A stretch of DNA of 64,000 bases from Candidatus Omnitrophota bacterium. GTDB lineage: Bacteria > Omnitrophota > Gorgyraeia > Aquiviventales > Aquiviventaceae. Location of the stretch: NCBI GenBank assembly GCA_016198905.1, contig JACQHR010000013.1, forward strand, positions 6,153-70,152, written 5' to 3'. Shown here piece after piece: positions 17,413-26,363 of this stretch. The position numbers and the translations under genes were made by a program. Every line of letters starts with the position of its first letter. Position 1 is the stretch's first letter. The notes below the pieces were generated by a model. That model was not told where the DNA came from. It ran no database searches and saw nothing but the letters and a program-made list of their open reading frames with translations.

Positions 17413-18381
17413 TTACTTTCCGATGAGATTCAGCCATTTCTCGCGCGCCACCGCCGCGACAAGGCGCGGGCTGACGAACTGTTCCAGCGAATCGCGCAGC
17501 GCCACGAGCTCGAACACCGTGTCCAGGCACCGATCCAGATCCATGCCGCGGACCTGCCGGCGAAGCGCGACAGCGTGTCCTGCGTGCGCGATGTACGCCG
17601 TCTCGCTCGTCGCCGTCACCGCCAGATCGCGCAGCCAGCGCATCATCCCGTCCAGCAACTGGGCGACCCCTTCGCGCGACTCCGGCAAGGGACGCTCAAA
17701 CCATGCGGGAGGCGCATCGCTTCCCAGCAACGACACCCACTGATCATACGTGCTCCAACGATCCGCCAATGCGAGCGCCTCTGAGGCGCTGCCTCCTGAC
17801 AGCGACGCGATGGCGGTGGCGGTTGGTTCGTCGCATCCTTTCTGCGTGATCAGGATCTGCTTAACCACGTCAGCAGGAAGCGGCCGGCACCGGATGAGCT
17901 GGCAGCGCGAGACGATGGTGGGCAGACACGCCGAGAATTGCGCCGTCGTAAGGATGAAGCGGGTGTGCGCGGAGGGCTCCTCCAATACTTTCAATAAACT
18001 GTTCGCCGCTTCTTCAGTCAGTCGCTCCGCTCCTTCGAGGATCGCCACCTGAAACGCCGCGCTGTAGGGCCGCAGGGCCACGCGGCCGATCACGTGCCGG
18101 ATCATGTCGATCTTGATCTGATCCGACGCGCCCCCCGCAACGACGCTGTGCACGTCGGGATGCGTGCCCCGCGCAATCTGCCGGCAGACCGTACACGCAT
18201 CACACGGTCGATTGCCTGCTCCCGTGCAATTCAGCGCTTTCGCCATCTCGAAGGCGAGGCGGCGCTTGCCGACTCCGTCCGGGCCGGCGAAGAGATAGGC
18301 GTGGGCCACTCGCTCATCCTGCAGATGGGTCTTGAGCAGCTCGATGACCCGTTCTTGTCCGAGAATGTCGCTCCACGCCAT
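17413..18381 (-). CDS. holB: DNA polymerase III subunit delta'
   Basis: HAYLFAGPDGVGKRRLAFEMAKALNC...CDACTVCRQI, and 322 aa. It sits next to tmk, as in many bacteria. Confidence 0.85.
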   Translation of the reverse strand: MAWSDILGQERVIELLKTHLQDERVAHAYLFAGPDGVGKRRLAFEMAKALNCTGAGNRPCDACTVCRQIARGTHPDVHSVVAGGASDQIKIDMIRHVIGRVALRPYSAAFQVAILEGAERLTEEAANSLLKVLEEPSAHTRFILTTAQFSACLPTIVSRCQLIRCRPLPADVVKQILITQKGCDEPTATAIASLSGGSASEALALADRWSTYDQWVSLLGSDAPPAWFERPLPESREGVAQLLDGMMRWLRDLAVTATSETAYIAHAGHAVALRRQVRGMDLDRCLDTVFELVALRDSLEQFVSPRLVAAVAREKWLNLIGK

Positions 18382-18387
18382 TTATGA

Positions 18388-18422
18388 AGCGACAAGCGAC
18401 ACGTGACACGCGACACGTACGA
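18388..18422. repeat. heptamer array of 5 units (NGCGACA family)
   Basis: agcgaca agcgaca cgtgaca cgcgaca cgtacga. It lies in the tmk-holB gap. Confidence 0.75.
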
Positions 18423-18458
18423 ATGCGCCCGCGAATTCCCACCGCTGCATCGTCGGTC

Positions 18459-19082
18459 TCATGGGTGTATGCGTTTCATGATGAGAGATTCGAGTTGCGC
18501 GCGAACCGCGTCCACAGACTTGGACGCATCCACGATGACGACGCGCCGAGGGTCTCGCCGAGCCAGCTGCAGGTACCCGCGCCGCACCTGCTGATGGAAC
18601 TGCCGCGTCTTGCGTTCCATCCGGTCGTGCGACCGGCGCAGCCTGGCGAACCCTTGCGCCGTCGGGAGATCTAACACGATCGTCAGGTGCGGCATCACCC
18701 CATGAATGGCGTGACGGCCGAGCCGGTCAAGCCACGGCACATGCACGCCGCCGCCGTAGCCTTGATAGACGACCGTGGAGTCATGGAAGCGATCGCAGAC
18801 CACGACGTCGCCCTTGGCTAACGCCGGACGGATGCGCTCTTCCACCAACTGCACGCGCCCGCCGATAAACAAGAGCGCTTCCGCTAACGGCGAGAGGGGA
18901 GTGGTCGTGTGGAGGAGCAATTGGCGCGTCGCGCAGCCCACAGGCGTCGATCCCGGATCTTGCAGCCACACGACCCGGCGCCCCGCGCGCCGAAGCCGCT
19001 GCACCAGCCACCGTGCCTGCGTGGACTTGCCCGATCCCTCCGGGCCTTCCAGCGTGATGAAAAAACCTTTTCTTTCAGACAT
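18459..19082 (-). CDS. tmk: thymidylate kinase
   Basis: GFFITLEGPEGSGKSTQ (P-loop), the DRF motif (CDRFHDST), and 207 aa. Confidence 0.9.
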   Translation of the reverse strand: MSERKGFFITLEGPEGSGKSTQARWLVQRLRRAGRRVVWLQDPGSTPVGCATRQLLLHTTTPLSPLAEALLFIGGRVQLVEERIRPALAKGDVVVCDRFHDSTVVYQGYGGGVHVPWLDRLGRHAIHGVMPHLTIVLDLPTAQGFARLRRSHDRMERKTRQFHQQVRRGYLQLARRDPRRVVIVDASKSVDAVRAQLESLIMKRIHP

Positions 19083-19110
19083 CAGACCTCAGACTGCAGC
19101 ACAACAGACG
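19083..19110. repeat. heptamer array of 4 units (CAGACNN)
   Basis: cagacct cagactg cagcaca acagacg. It fills the whole cysS-tmk gap. Confidence 0.65.
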
Positions 19111-19962
19111 TTACGGCCTACGCCAGACGACGGGGCCGTGAGCCGTGTCTTCAAGGATAAACCCTGCTTCCTGAAACTCTCGACGGATCTGATCCGCGGA
19201 TTGGAAATCCTTGCGCTTGCGTGCGGCTTCCCGCGCGTCGAGCCTTGTGCGCCACTGTGTCGGTAACTCCACAGGCTGCGGCTGGTAGGAGAGAAAGAGC
19301 CCGAGGACGCGGCAGAGCGAGAGCAAGGCATCGGCGTGTTTGACCGCCTCCGCCTCGACGGTGCGACTCAGGTCCACGGCCAACCGATCCAAGACCGCGA
19401 GTGCCGCCGGGGTGTTGAGATCGTCATCCATCGCCCGCTCAAACTGAGCACGCGCCTCGCACGTCTCCAATGGCGAGAGGGTGCTGTTCGTACGCCATGC
19501 TTCGACGCGATGCAGCGCTTCCGCCAATCCGCGCCAGCGGGCCGCCGCCGCTTGCACACTCGGCGCGGAGTAATCGATCGGACTGCGGTAGTGGGCGCCG
19601 AGAAAGAAGATTTTCAGCGCTTCCGCATTGCCCTGGCAATTGTTCAGCGCGTCTTCCACCGTCGTGTAATTCCCCAGCGACTTCGACATCTTCTCGCCAT
19701 TGACGGTGAGCAGGCCGTTGTGCACCCAATAGCGGGCGAACGGCTTACCCGCGGCGACGGCTTGCGCGACTTCGTTCTCGTGGTGCGGGAACACAAGGTC
19801 CACGCCCCCGCCGTGGATGTCGAACTGATCGCCGAGATATTTCGTGCTCATCGCCGAACATTCGATGTGCCAGCCGGGACGCCCAGCACCCCAGGGACTT
19901 TGCCATGATGGCTCGCCGAGTTTCGCCGCTTTCCAGAGCGCAAAATCGAGCGGGTCGTGTTT

Positions 19963-19996
19963 GCCCGCCCCGGCAGTCGCAACAGGCGGGCCGGGG
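19963..19996. repeat. GC-block hairpin, family D-like short copy (inside cysS)
   Basis: GCCCGCCCCGGC-agtcgcaacag-GCGGGCCGGGG. It encodes the extra PGPPVATAGAG just before the conserved DPLDFALWK. Confidence 0.55.
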
Positions 19997-20280
19997 TGCT
20001 CGCCCGGTTCGATGCGAGCGCCGGCTTGCAATTCATCAAGGGTGCGGTTCGACAGCTTCCCATAGCCTTCACACTTTCTGACCGAAAAATACACATCGCC
20101 CTTCGCTTCGTACGCCACCCCTTTGATCAGGAGCGTGGAGATCAGGTCGGTCATCTCCGGCACGACGTGCGCGGTCGCGAGAGGTTCCTTGGTCGGAGGT
20201 TCAATGCCGAAGCGCCGCAACGTCTCGCGATAGCTGGCCAAGTACCGCTGCGACACCTCGGCGCACTTCGCTTTCAAGTC

Positions 20281-20297
20281 GCTGTGTGCTGTGTGCT
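20281..20297. repeat. (GCTGTGT)x2+GCT heptamer repeat at the cysS frame break
   Basis: Read directly. On the coding strand it is GCACACA GCACACA GC. Confidence 0.85.
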
Positions 20298-20585
20298 ATC
20301 TCTTGTCTGGCCTTCTCGATAATCTTGTCATCCACGTCCGTCACGTTGCGCACAAAGTTCACCTGATAGCCGCGAAACGTCAGGTAGCGGCGCAAGACGT
20401 CAAACACGTAGGCGCTGCGCGCATGGCCGATGTGGGGCACGTCGTACACCGTCGGGCCGCACACGTACATCGTCACCGCCGGCGGGTGCAGCGGCGTGAA
20501 GGACTCAATCTTGCGCGTGAGCGTATTGTAGAGCTTCATCTATGATCCGTTCATGGCTCGGCAGCGAGCGGGTCGCCGGCACGGG

Positions 20586-20753
20586 CAGGTCCCGAGCCGG
20601 ACGTCTCGGAGGGTGAGCGGCCATGGTGCCCAGCACTAATTTTCATGCAGCCAACGATAGAAAATTGGTGCTGGGCGAGCGAGCCCGAGAGCCGAGCACC
20701 GGCGGCCACGGTGGGGCCGCCGAGTGCGTGCCGGCGAGGGACGCTGCCCGGGC
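20586..20753. repeat. long structured GC-rich element, family A copy 1 (cysE-cysS gap)
   Basis: It shares a 58-nt identical block with 46178-46235: gagcgagcccgagagccgagcaccggcggccacggtggggccgccgagtgcgtgccgg, at 20677-20734. The conserved 5' part is caggtccYgagccgRacgtctcggaggg. The internal hairpin differs in sequence from copy 2 but keeps its pairing. Confidence 0.8.
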
Positions 20754-20796
20754 CGATCGCGACCCACGATGGATGGACCCGCTGCCAGAGTTAAAA

Positions 20797-21501
20797 TCAC
20801 GAACCTGACTGAGACTTCCGATGCTCTTTCAGGTGCTTCTCGACGGCGTCGATCTCATGCTGCAACGCCTCGAGCCGCTCGGTCAGCGGATCCGGCAGAT
20901 GCGTATGGTCCAGCTTGATCCCCGGGAAGTGCCGGTCCTTGATCCGTGTGATGCGCCCGGGGACCCCGACGACGGTGGAGTGATCCGGCACGTCGCGAAT
21001 CACGACCGCGTTAGCGCCGATCATGGAATCGTTGCCGATGGTGATGTTGCCTAAGACTTTCGCTCCGGCGCCGATGACGACGTTGTTGCCGATTGTGGGA
21101 TGGCGCTTGCCTTTCTCTTTGCCGGTCCCGCCCAGCGTCACACCTTGGAAAAGCGTCACGTTACGGCCGATGACGGTCGTCTCGCCGATCACGACGCCGA
21201 TGCCGTGATCGATGAACAATCCGCGTCCGATCCGCGCGGAAGGATGGATTTCGATGCCGGTCATCCAGCGCGCGATCGTCATCAGCAGCCGCGGAACCAC
21301 GGGGATTTTGACCCGGTCCAACGCATGGGCAAGACGGTAGAACACCACCACGTGCAATCCGGAATACGTCAGGAGCACTTCGACGAGGTTGCGCGCGGCA
21401 GGGTCGCGCTCAAAGCACGCCGTAACCTCCGCGTCGAACGCGACACGGATGACCGTCCCGACGGCGATGAGCAGCGCAAGGATCCAGAAGACCGCCATCA
21501 T
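20797..21501 (-). CDS. cysE: serine O-acetyltransferase
   Basis: [30 protein letters not shown]..., with hexapeptide repeats ([22 protein letters not shown]..., [28 protein letters not shown]). The start is ATG 21501, which overlaps the ispF stop (ATGA). The 314-aa ORF-track version overlaps ispF and is too long. Confidence 0.88.
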   Translation of the reverse strand: MMAVFWILALLIAVGTVIRVAFDAEVTACFERDPAARNLVEVLLTYSGLHVVVFYRLAHALDRVKIPVVPRLLMTIARWMTGIEIHPSARIGRGLFIDHGIGVVIGETTVIGRNVTLFQGVTLGGTGKEKGKRHPTIGNNVVIGAGAKVLGNITIGNDSMIGANAVVIRDVPDHSTVVGVPGRITRIKDRHFPGIKLDHTHLPDPLTERLEALQHEIDAVEKHLKEHRKSQSGS

Positions 21502-22022
21502 CTCTTCACTCGCGTACCGCGCGTCATCGTGCGACTCGTTGACGGCGCGACCAGCACGACCACGTGGGCCGCAATCCCCTGCTTGCCGGGGCAGAACGCT
21601 TCGGTCGTCTTCGCCTTGACGGAGACCTGAGCCGCTGAAATGCCCAGCAGGCGGCTGATCGCTCTGGCCATCTGGGCTTTGTATCCGACCAACGTCGGCG
21701 CGTCCGCAATAACGGTGGCGTCGATGTTGCCGATGCGCCACCCGCGGCGCTGCACGCCGGTGCGCGCGGCCTCCACGAACACCCGGCTATCCGCGCGGCG
21801 GTAGCGGGGATCGCTCGAGGGAAACTGCTCGCCGATGTCCGGCGCCCCGATCGCACCGAAGAGCGCATCCGCGAGCGCATGGAGCAGCACGTCCGCGTCG
21901 GAGTGGCCGGAAAGCCCCCGTGCATGCGGCACGGTGATCCCGCCGAGCCGCAGCGGCCGTTTGCCTGCCCCGGAACCGGGGCCGTTGAACCGATGGATGT
22001 CGTAGCCGATGCCGATTCTCAT
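21498..22022 (-). CDS. ispF: 2-C-methyl-D-erythritol 2,4-cyclodiphosphate synthase
   Basis: [12 protein letters not shown]..., [16 protein letters not shown] and DIG. The start is ATG 22022. The longer ORF start lies in the heptamer array. Confidence 0.9.
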   Translation of the reverse strand: MRIGIGYDIHRFNGPGSGAGKRPLRLGGITVPHARGLSGHSDADVLLHALADALFGAIGAPDIGEQFPSSDPRYRRADSRVFVEAARTGVQRRGWRIGNIDATVIADAPTLVGYKAQMARAISRLLGISAAQVSVKAKTTEAFCPGKQGIAAHVVVLVAPSTSRTMTRGTRVKR

Positions 22023-22027
22023 ATCAT

Positions 22028-22157
22028 CAGCACAAAGCACAAAGCAGACAGCACAACACTTCCGCAGCAATGGTTTGTGGCATGAGATGCGACTGTTTCC
22101 TACTCAAATATGTCATCTACTTTGTGCTTTATGCTTTATGCTTTGTGCTGTGTGCTG
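22028..22157. repeat. inverted heptamer arrays (CAGCACA / CTTTGTG) flanking a ~60-nt spacer
   Basis: Left array at 22028-22058: cagcaca aagcaca aagcaga cagcaca. Right array at 22120-22157: ctttgtg ctttatg ctttatg ctttgtg ctgtgtg. The right arm lies in the ispD 3' end. Confidence 0.85.
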
Positions 22158-22856
22158 GACTCTATGGGACAGTATAGTTTCCGCGAGGATGAGATCATCT
22201 TTTGTCGTGACTTTGATATTGCGCGGATCGCCATGCACCATCCGAACCGGAAACCCGGCGGCTTCGAGGATGGCCGCGTCATCCGGAAATTGCTCGAGCT
22301 GCGATCCCGCCCGCGTCAGCGCCTGCGTGATCCATTCCCGACGGAACACTTGCGGCGTCTGCACCAACCAAAGCGACTCGCGATCCAATGTCAGCCGAAC
22401 ACCCTGTCGCTCATCGACGGCTTTGACGGTCACCGTCGCCGGCAACCCGCACGCCACCGCGCCTTCGCGCCGCGCTGCACGCACGGCGCGTGCGATCACG
22501 TCCGGCGTCACGCAGGGGCGCGCGCCATCATGGATGAGCACCCAGCGCGCCGCGCGCGGCACCACGGCACACCCGCGCGCAACCGAGGCTGCGCGCGAGG
22601 CTCCTCCCACGCATGGCAAAACCGCCTTGGTGATTGCATGCTGCTTGAGAAACGTACGCATCCGCGCTTGCTCGCCTGCGCGTACGACGACGATAATCCA
22701 GCGGATGTCGGGGCTGACTTGCAGAGCCGCCAGCGTGTGGGCCAGCAACGGCCGACCATGAAGCGGCGCGAACAGTTTCGATGGTGATCCGGTAAAACGC
22801 GTGCCGCTGCCGGCCGCCGGCACGACCGCGGCGACGTCCATCGAATGCTGTTTCAT
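22113..22856 (-). CDS. ispD: 2-C-methyl-D-erythritol 4-phosphate cytidylyltransferase
   Basis: VAAVVPAAGSGTRF..., VLIHDGARP and VQTPQVF. An alternative start is ATG 22841. The last ~15 codons lie in a heptamer array. Confidence 0.88.
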   Translation of the reverse strand: MKQHSMDVAAVVPAAGSGTRFTGSPSKLFAPLHGRPLLAHTLAALQVSPDIRWIIVVVRAGEQARMRTFLKQHAITKAVLPCVGGASRAASVARGCAVVPRAARWVLIHDGARPCVTPDVIARAVRAARREGAVACGLPATVTVKAVDERQGVRLTLDRESLWLVQTPQVFRREWITQALTRAGSQLEQFPDDAAILEAAGFPVRMVHGDPRNIKVTTKDDLILAETILSHRVQHTAQSIKHKAQSR

Positions 22857-22960
22857 GTTTCACGTTCCAAGTTTCATGTTGCGGGCAACAAACGCCGAAG
22901 CTTTGATTCCCTACCCTGTCAACTTCGAACCTGAAACCTGAAACCTGAAACTTGGAACAT
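22850..22960. repeat. inverted heptamer arrays (GTTTCAT / GAAACCT)
   Basis: Left array at 22850-22884: gtttcat gtttcac gttccaa gtttcat gttgcgg. Right array at 22926-22960: cgaacct gaaacct gaaacct gaaactt ggaacat. Confidence 0.8.
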
Positions 22961-22961
22961 T

Positions 22962-23975
22962 TTATCGTTTTGGCGCCGGAGCCCCGTCCGGCCTGACGAA
23001 CACCATGCGCCCGGCAGAAGTCTGCAGGACGCTGGTCACAATTCCGCGGATGCTCTGGCCGATGAGCGCACGCCCGTTCTCGACCACGACCATCGTCCCG
23101 TCATCGAGATATGCCACCGCTTGGTGGTGTTCTTTGCCTTCTTTGATAGGCTTGACTTCCAACGCTTCGCCCGGCAGCACCACCGGCCGCAGCGCTTGGG
23201 CGAGCTCGTTGACATTGAGCACGCTGACGTTTTGAAACTCCGCGACCTTGTTCAAATTGAAATCATTGGTGATCACGCGGGCGCTGAGCACCTGGGCGAG
23301 CTTCACAAGCTTCGCATCGGTTTCGGGAATCCCCGGCAGGTCTTCTTCATGGATGCGCACATCCACCGTCGTGAGCTGCCGCAGTTGATTGAGCACTTCG
23401 AGCCCTCGCCGTCCGCGGCTGCGCTTGATGGGATCCGCGCTGTCTGCGACGGTCTGAAGCTCCTTCAACACGAACCGGGGAATTAGCAGGCGGCCTTCAA
23501 TGAAGCGCGTCTTGCATAAATCCAAGAGGCGGCCGTCAATGATCGCGCTGGTATCGACCAACGACGCGTCTTCCCCGCGATCGTGGCGCGCCAGCCGCAC
23601 GTACGGGATGATCACGCTGAACTCATCCCGCCCGCGCAGCGCCATGGCCATGCCGAGGTAGCAGAATGCCCACGTGAGGGACACGCGAAGGCCGCCCGCC
23701 GTAATCGGATCAAACGGCAGCAGCGTGATCGCATCGGCCACCAGCTTGGCCATGATGAGCCCAAAGAGCATGCCGAAGACCGCCGCCGAGGAACCGCGGA
23801 CCGACACGCGCCCGATGCGATGGATCGCCGCTTCCAGCAGGACCAGCAGCGCTCCGGCCCCCGCAGCTAGTGGAATACGCAACCAGAATGGCCAGCCCTC
23901 TGCTTGCCCGATAAACTGCGATCCAAACAGCGCACTGATGATGACAAAGCCGACCCGAACGAATCGTAAATCCAT
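22962..23975 (-). CDS. membrane-anchored PIN + TRAM domain protein (YacL-like)
   Basis: 337 aa. It has N-terminal TM helices, a PIN domain (LVDTSAIIDGRL...ITNDFNLNKVA) and a C-terminal TRAM-like beta domain. It sits between radA and ispD, as B. subtilis yacL does. Confidence 0.75.
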   Translation of the reverse strand: MDLRFVRVGFVIISALFGSQFIGQAEGWPFWLRIPLAAGAGALLVLLEAAIHRIGRVSVRGSSAAVFGMLFGLIMAKLVADAITLLPFDPITAGGLRVSLTWAFCYLGMAMALRGRDEFSVIIPYVRLARHDRGEDASLVDTSAIIDGRLLDLCKTRFIEGRLLIPRFVLKELQTVADSADPIKRSRGRRGLEVLNQLRQLTTVDVRIHEEDLPGIPETDAKLVKLAQVLSARVITNDFNLNKVAEFQNVSVLNVNELAQALRPVVLPGEALEVKPIKEGKEHHQAVAYLDDGTMVVVENGRALIGQSIRGIVTSVLQTSAGRMVFVRPDGAPAPKR

Positions 23976-24061
23976 GCTGAGCTACTCCTCACCCCGACGG
24001 CGCACCGCAATAACGATGATGGAAGAATGTGCCGCGGCGTGTGTGAATGAACGGTGAATGA

Positions 24062-25423
24062 TTAGGTGATCGCTTGCGCGACCGCTTCCCGCACATGACG
24101 GACCTGGACGATCTCCATCCCGTCAACCCCGGTCACTCCTCCGCGTTGGGCGGCCACGAAACAGCGCGTAAACCCGACGCGCTTGGCTTCATGGATCCGC
24201 TGCGACACATTGCTGACCGGCCGGACTTCGCCCGTCAGCCCCACTTCTCCAATCGCGAGATGATGGCGATCCGTGGATCGCTCCTTGAGACTCGAAGCGA
24301 TCGCGATGGCAATGGCCAAATCGGCGGAGGGTTCGAGCAGCCGCACGCCGCCCAGCGACGAGACAAACACGTCCTGCTGCGCGAGCAGATGCAGCCCCAC
24401 GCGCCGCTCCAGCACGGCCAGCAGCATCGAGAGCCGATTGAAATCGATCCCGGTCGTGCGCCGGCGCGGCAGCCCCATGGTGCATGGGCTGGTGAGCGCT
24501 TGCACTTCCACGAGCAGCGGGCGGCTGCCTTCCAGGCTCACCGTCACCGTGCAGCCCGGCACCGCCTCGGTGCGATCGCTCAAGAACAGCTCGGAAGGAT
24601 TCGTCACTTCAACAAGCCCCTCCGCGGTCATGTGGAACACGCCCAGCTCGTACGTCGCGCCGAAGCGGTTCTTGGTGGAGCGCAGCACGCGAAATCCGCT
24701 CGTCGATTCGCCTTCGAAGTAGAGCACGGTGTCGACGAGATGCTCCAGCACCTTTGGACCTGCGAGGAAGCCTTCCTTGGTCACGTGCCCGACGAGAAAG
24801 AGCGCGCAGTGGCGCGCCTTGACCAGTTGGACCAGTTCGTGCGCGCACGCGCGCACCTGGCCGATCGAGCCGGGCGCAGACTGCAGCTGGCTGGTTTCCA
24901 CCACCTGGATTGAATCGACGATCACGACGTGGGGCTTGATCTGTGTGATCGCTTCGATGATCGCTTCCAGCCGCGTCTCGGCCAGCACGTGAATAGCCGA
25001 GGAGCTTAAGCCCAACCGGGTCGCGCGCAATTTCGTCTGATGCGGCGATTCCTCGCCGCTGACGTAGAGGACTGCGTGCTGCGCTGCCGCCAGCGAGCCC
25101 GCGACGCTGAGCAGCAGCGTCGACTTGCCGATTCCCGGCTCGCCGCCCACCAGCGTAATCGAGCCCGGCACGATGCCCCCACCCAGCACGCGATCGAATT
25201 CGCCGATGCCGGTGCGCACGCGCATCGCATCTTCCAGCAGCACATCCGCCAACAGCGTGGGGGGCACAAGCGCCACCGGATCGCTCGCACTCGTCGGAGA
25301 GGACTGCTCGACCACCTCTTCGACGAACGTATTCCATCCGTCGCAGCCCGCGCAGCGCCCGGCCCATTTCACGGACTGAGAGCCGCATTGCTGGCAAATG
25401 TAGAGCGTTTTGAGTTTGGGCAT
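24062..25423 (-). CDS. radA: DNA repair protein RadA (Sms)
   Basis: MPKLKTLYICQQCGSQSVKWAGRCAGCDGWNTF (zinc finger), GGEPGIGKSTLLL (Walker A), a KNRFG motif, and a Lon-like C-terminal domain. The start is ATG 25423. Confidence 0.92.
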   Translation of the reverse strand: MPKLKTLYICQQCGSQSVKWAGRCAGCDGWNTFVEEVVEQSSPTSASDPVALVPPTLLADVLLEDAMRVRTGIGEFDRVLGGGIVPGSITLVGGEPGIGKSTLLLSVAGSLAAAQHAVLYVSGEESPHQTKLRATRLGLSSSAIHVLAETRLEAIIEAITQIKPHVVIVDSIQVVETSQLQSAPGSIGQVRACAHELVQLVKARHCALFLVGHVTKEGFLAGPKVLEHLVDTVLYFEGESTSGFRVLRSTKNRFGATYELGVFHMTAEGLVEVTNPSELFLSDRTEAVPGCTVTVSLEGSRPLLVEVQALTSPCTMGLPRRRTTGIDFNRLSMLLAVLERRVGLHLLAQQDVFVSSLGGVRLLEPSADLAIAIAIASSLKERSTDRHHLAIGEVGLTGEVRPVSNVSQRIHEAKRVGFTRCFVAAQRGGVTGVDGMEIVQVRHVREAVAQAIT

Positions 25424-25444
25424 CGCCGTGTTCACTTGACGATT

Positions 25445-25577
25445 AGTAAGCAGTAAGCAGAATGCAGAAGGCAGCAAGCTATCGGATGAGCCGTGTCGTT
25501 CGGATCTGTATTGCTCGGCTTGTAATAAAACAGTGTGCGCACGCTGCCTACTGCTTACCGCCTGCTGCTTTCTGGCC
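25445..25577. repeat. inverted heptamer arrays (AGTAAGC / GCTGCCT family)
   Basis: Left array at 25445-25479: agtaagc agtaagc agaatgc agaaggc agcaagc. Right array at 25543-25577: gctgcct actgctt accgcct gctgctt tctggcc. The right arm overlaps the mlaD 3' end. Confidence 0.8.
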
Positions 25578-26324
25578 CTTTGGTTTGGCCAAGAGTTTCC
25601 AGGGGTGTGCCCGCAGGTCATCGACAAACCCTTCGACCTGCCGGTAGAGGTCGTCGCTGTAAACGAACTTGCCGAGGTTGCCCTGCCCGGACTCCGCGTA
25701 GAACAAGGCCAGGTTCAGCCGCTCGGCCATCGCTTTCCACTGCCGCGTCGCGTCCCGCGCCTCCAGCACGGCTTCCTTCAGATAGATGCGCGCCTCCGGA
25801 TCTCCGACGAGGGTGTTGAGCCCCTGGAGCGTTTGGTGGAATTCGGTCAGCACTTCGTTGGAGCGCTCCATGATGCGTTCGGTGGACACCGGAGGCTTGC
25901 CGATGAGTTTTTCATCCTCTTTCAGCAGGGCCCCCGCTCCCGGCCCGGGCCGGATCTCGAGATACTTCTCTCCCAGCAACCCAAACGTGCTGATCGACGC
26001 CTCGTCATCCACCCGGATGTTGACGCTGTTCGGCACGCGGATCACCAGCTGGACGTGCGACGGCGGATTCGTTTGTTCGGTCGGCGTGATGAGCTCCACC
26101 CCCACCACCTTCCCGACCTCTTTGCCTGCGTACTGCACGGGAGAGCCGTCGGTGATGCCGTTGGCCGATTCAAACCATACGTAGAGGCGATGCCCCCGCT
26201 CGAACACGGTCGAGAGGTCGCCGATGGCAAACATGAAGAAAATCAGCAGCACGAACCCCAAGATGATCCATGCGCCAACCTTGATCTCCAGCGTCCAGCG
26301 TTGCGTCATCCGCTCTCTCTTCAA
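25548..26324 (-). CDS. mlaD: MlaD/MCE-family lipid-transport substrate-binding protein
   Basis: N-terminal TM helix plus an MCE domain (YVWFESANGITDGSPVQYAGKEVGKVVGVELI). It lies adjacent to mlaF/mlaE. The start is ambiguous between TTG 26324 and ATG 26309. Confidence 0.8.
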   Translation of the reverse strand: MKRERMTQRWTLEIKVGAWIILGFVLLIFFMFAIGDLSTVFERGHRLYVWFESANGITDGSPVQYAGKEVGKVVGVELITPTEQTNPPSHVQLVIRVPNSVNIRVDDEASISTFGLLGEKYLEIRPGPGAGALLKEDEKLIGKPPVSTERIMERSNEVLTEFHQTLQGLNTLVGDPEARIYLKEAVLEARDATRQWKAMAERLNLALFYAESGQGNLGKFVYSDDLYRQVEGFVDDLRAHPWKLLAKPKGQKAAGGKQ

Positions 26325-26363
26325 TCCTCCCTGCCGGTGATGCCTGCTGTGATGGTGATCCCG

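Larger units (their letters stand above)
19111..20539 (-). pseudogene. cysS: cysteine--tRNA ligase, split into two ORFs by a +1 frame change at a heptamer repeat (apparent frameshift)
   Basis: ORF 20201..20539 (112 aa) reads [10 protein letters not shown]...[19 protein letters not shown]...[13 protein letters not shown] and holds the HIGH region. ORF 19111..20277 (388 aa) reads ...FPHHENE...KMSKSLGN. The frames differ by one nt. The junction is (GCTGTGT)x2 at 20281-20297. Confidence 0.85.

Noticed and set aside
20540-20796. T-box or other known riboswitch leader upstream of cysS (family A copy 1)
   Set aside because: On neither strand could I find the T-box consensus (AANNNGGGTGGTACCGCG-like), a specifier-loop layout, or the B12, SAM or glycine riboswitch cores. 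The same element also recurs upstream of an unrelated HD-GYP gene.
20797-21741. 314-aa version of cysE, 521-aa radA, 586-aa lysS, 584-aa uvrC, 218-aa ogt, 380-aa bamD, 216-aa PilZ ORFs
   Set aside because: The long forms overlap upstream genes or run through structured repeat elements, and they add non-conserved Arg/Gly/Pro-rich leaders. Internal ATGs align with family N-termini, and several show ATGA/SD evidence.
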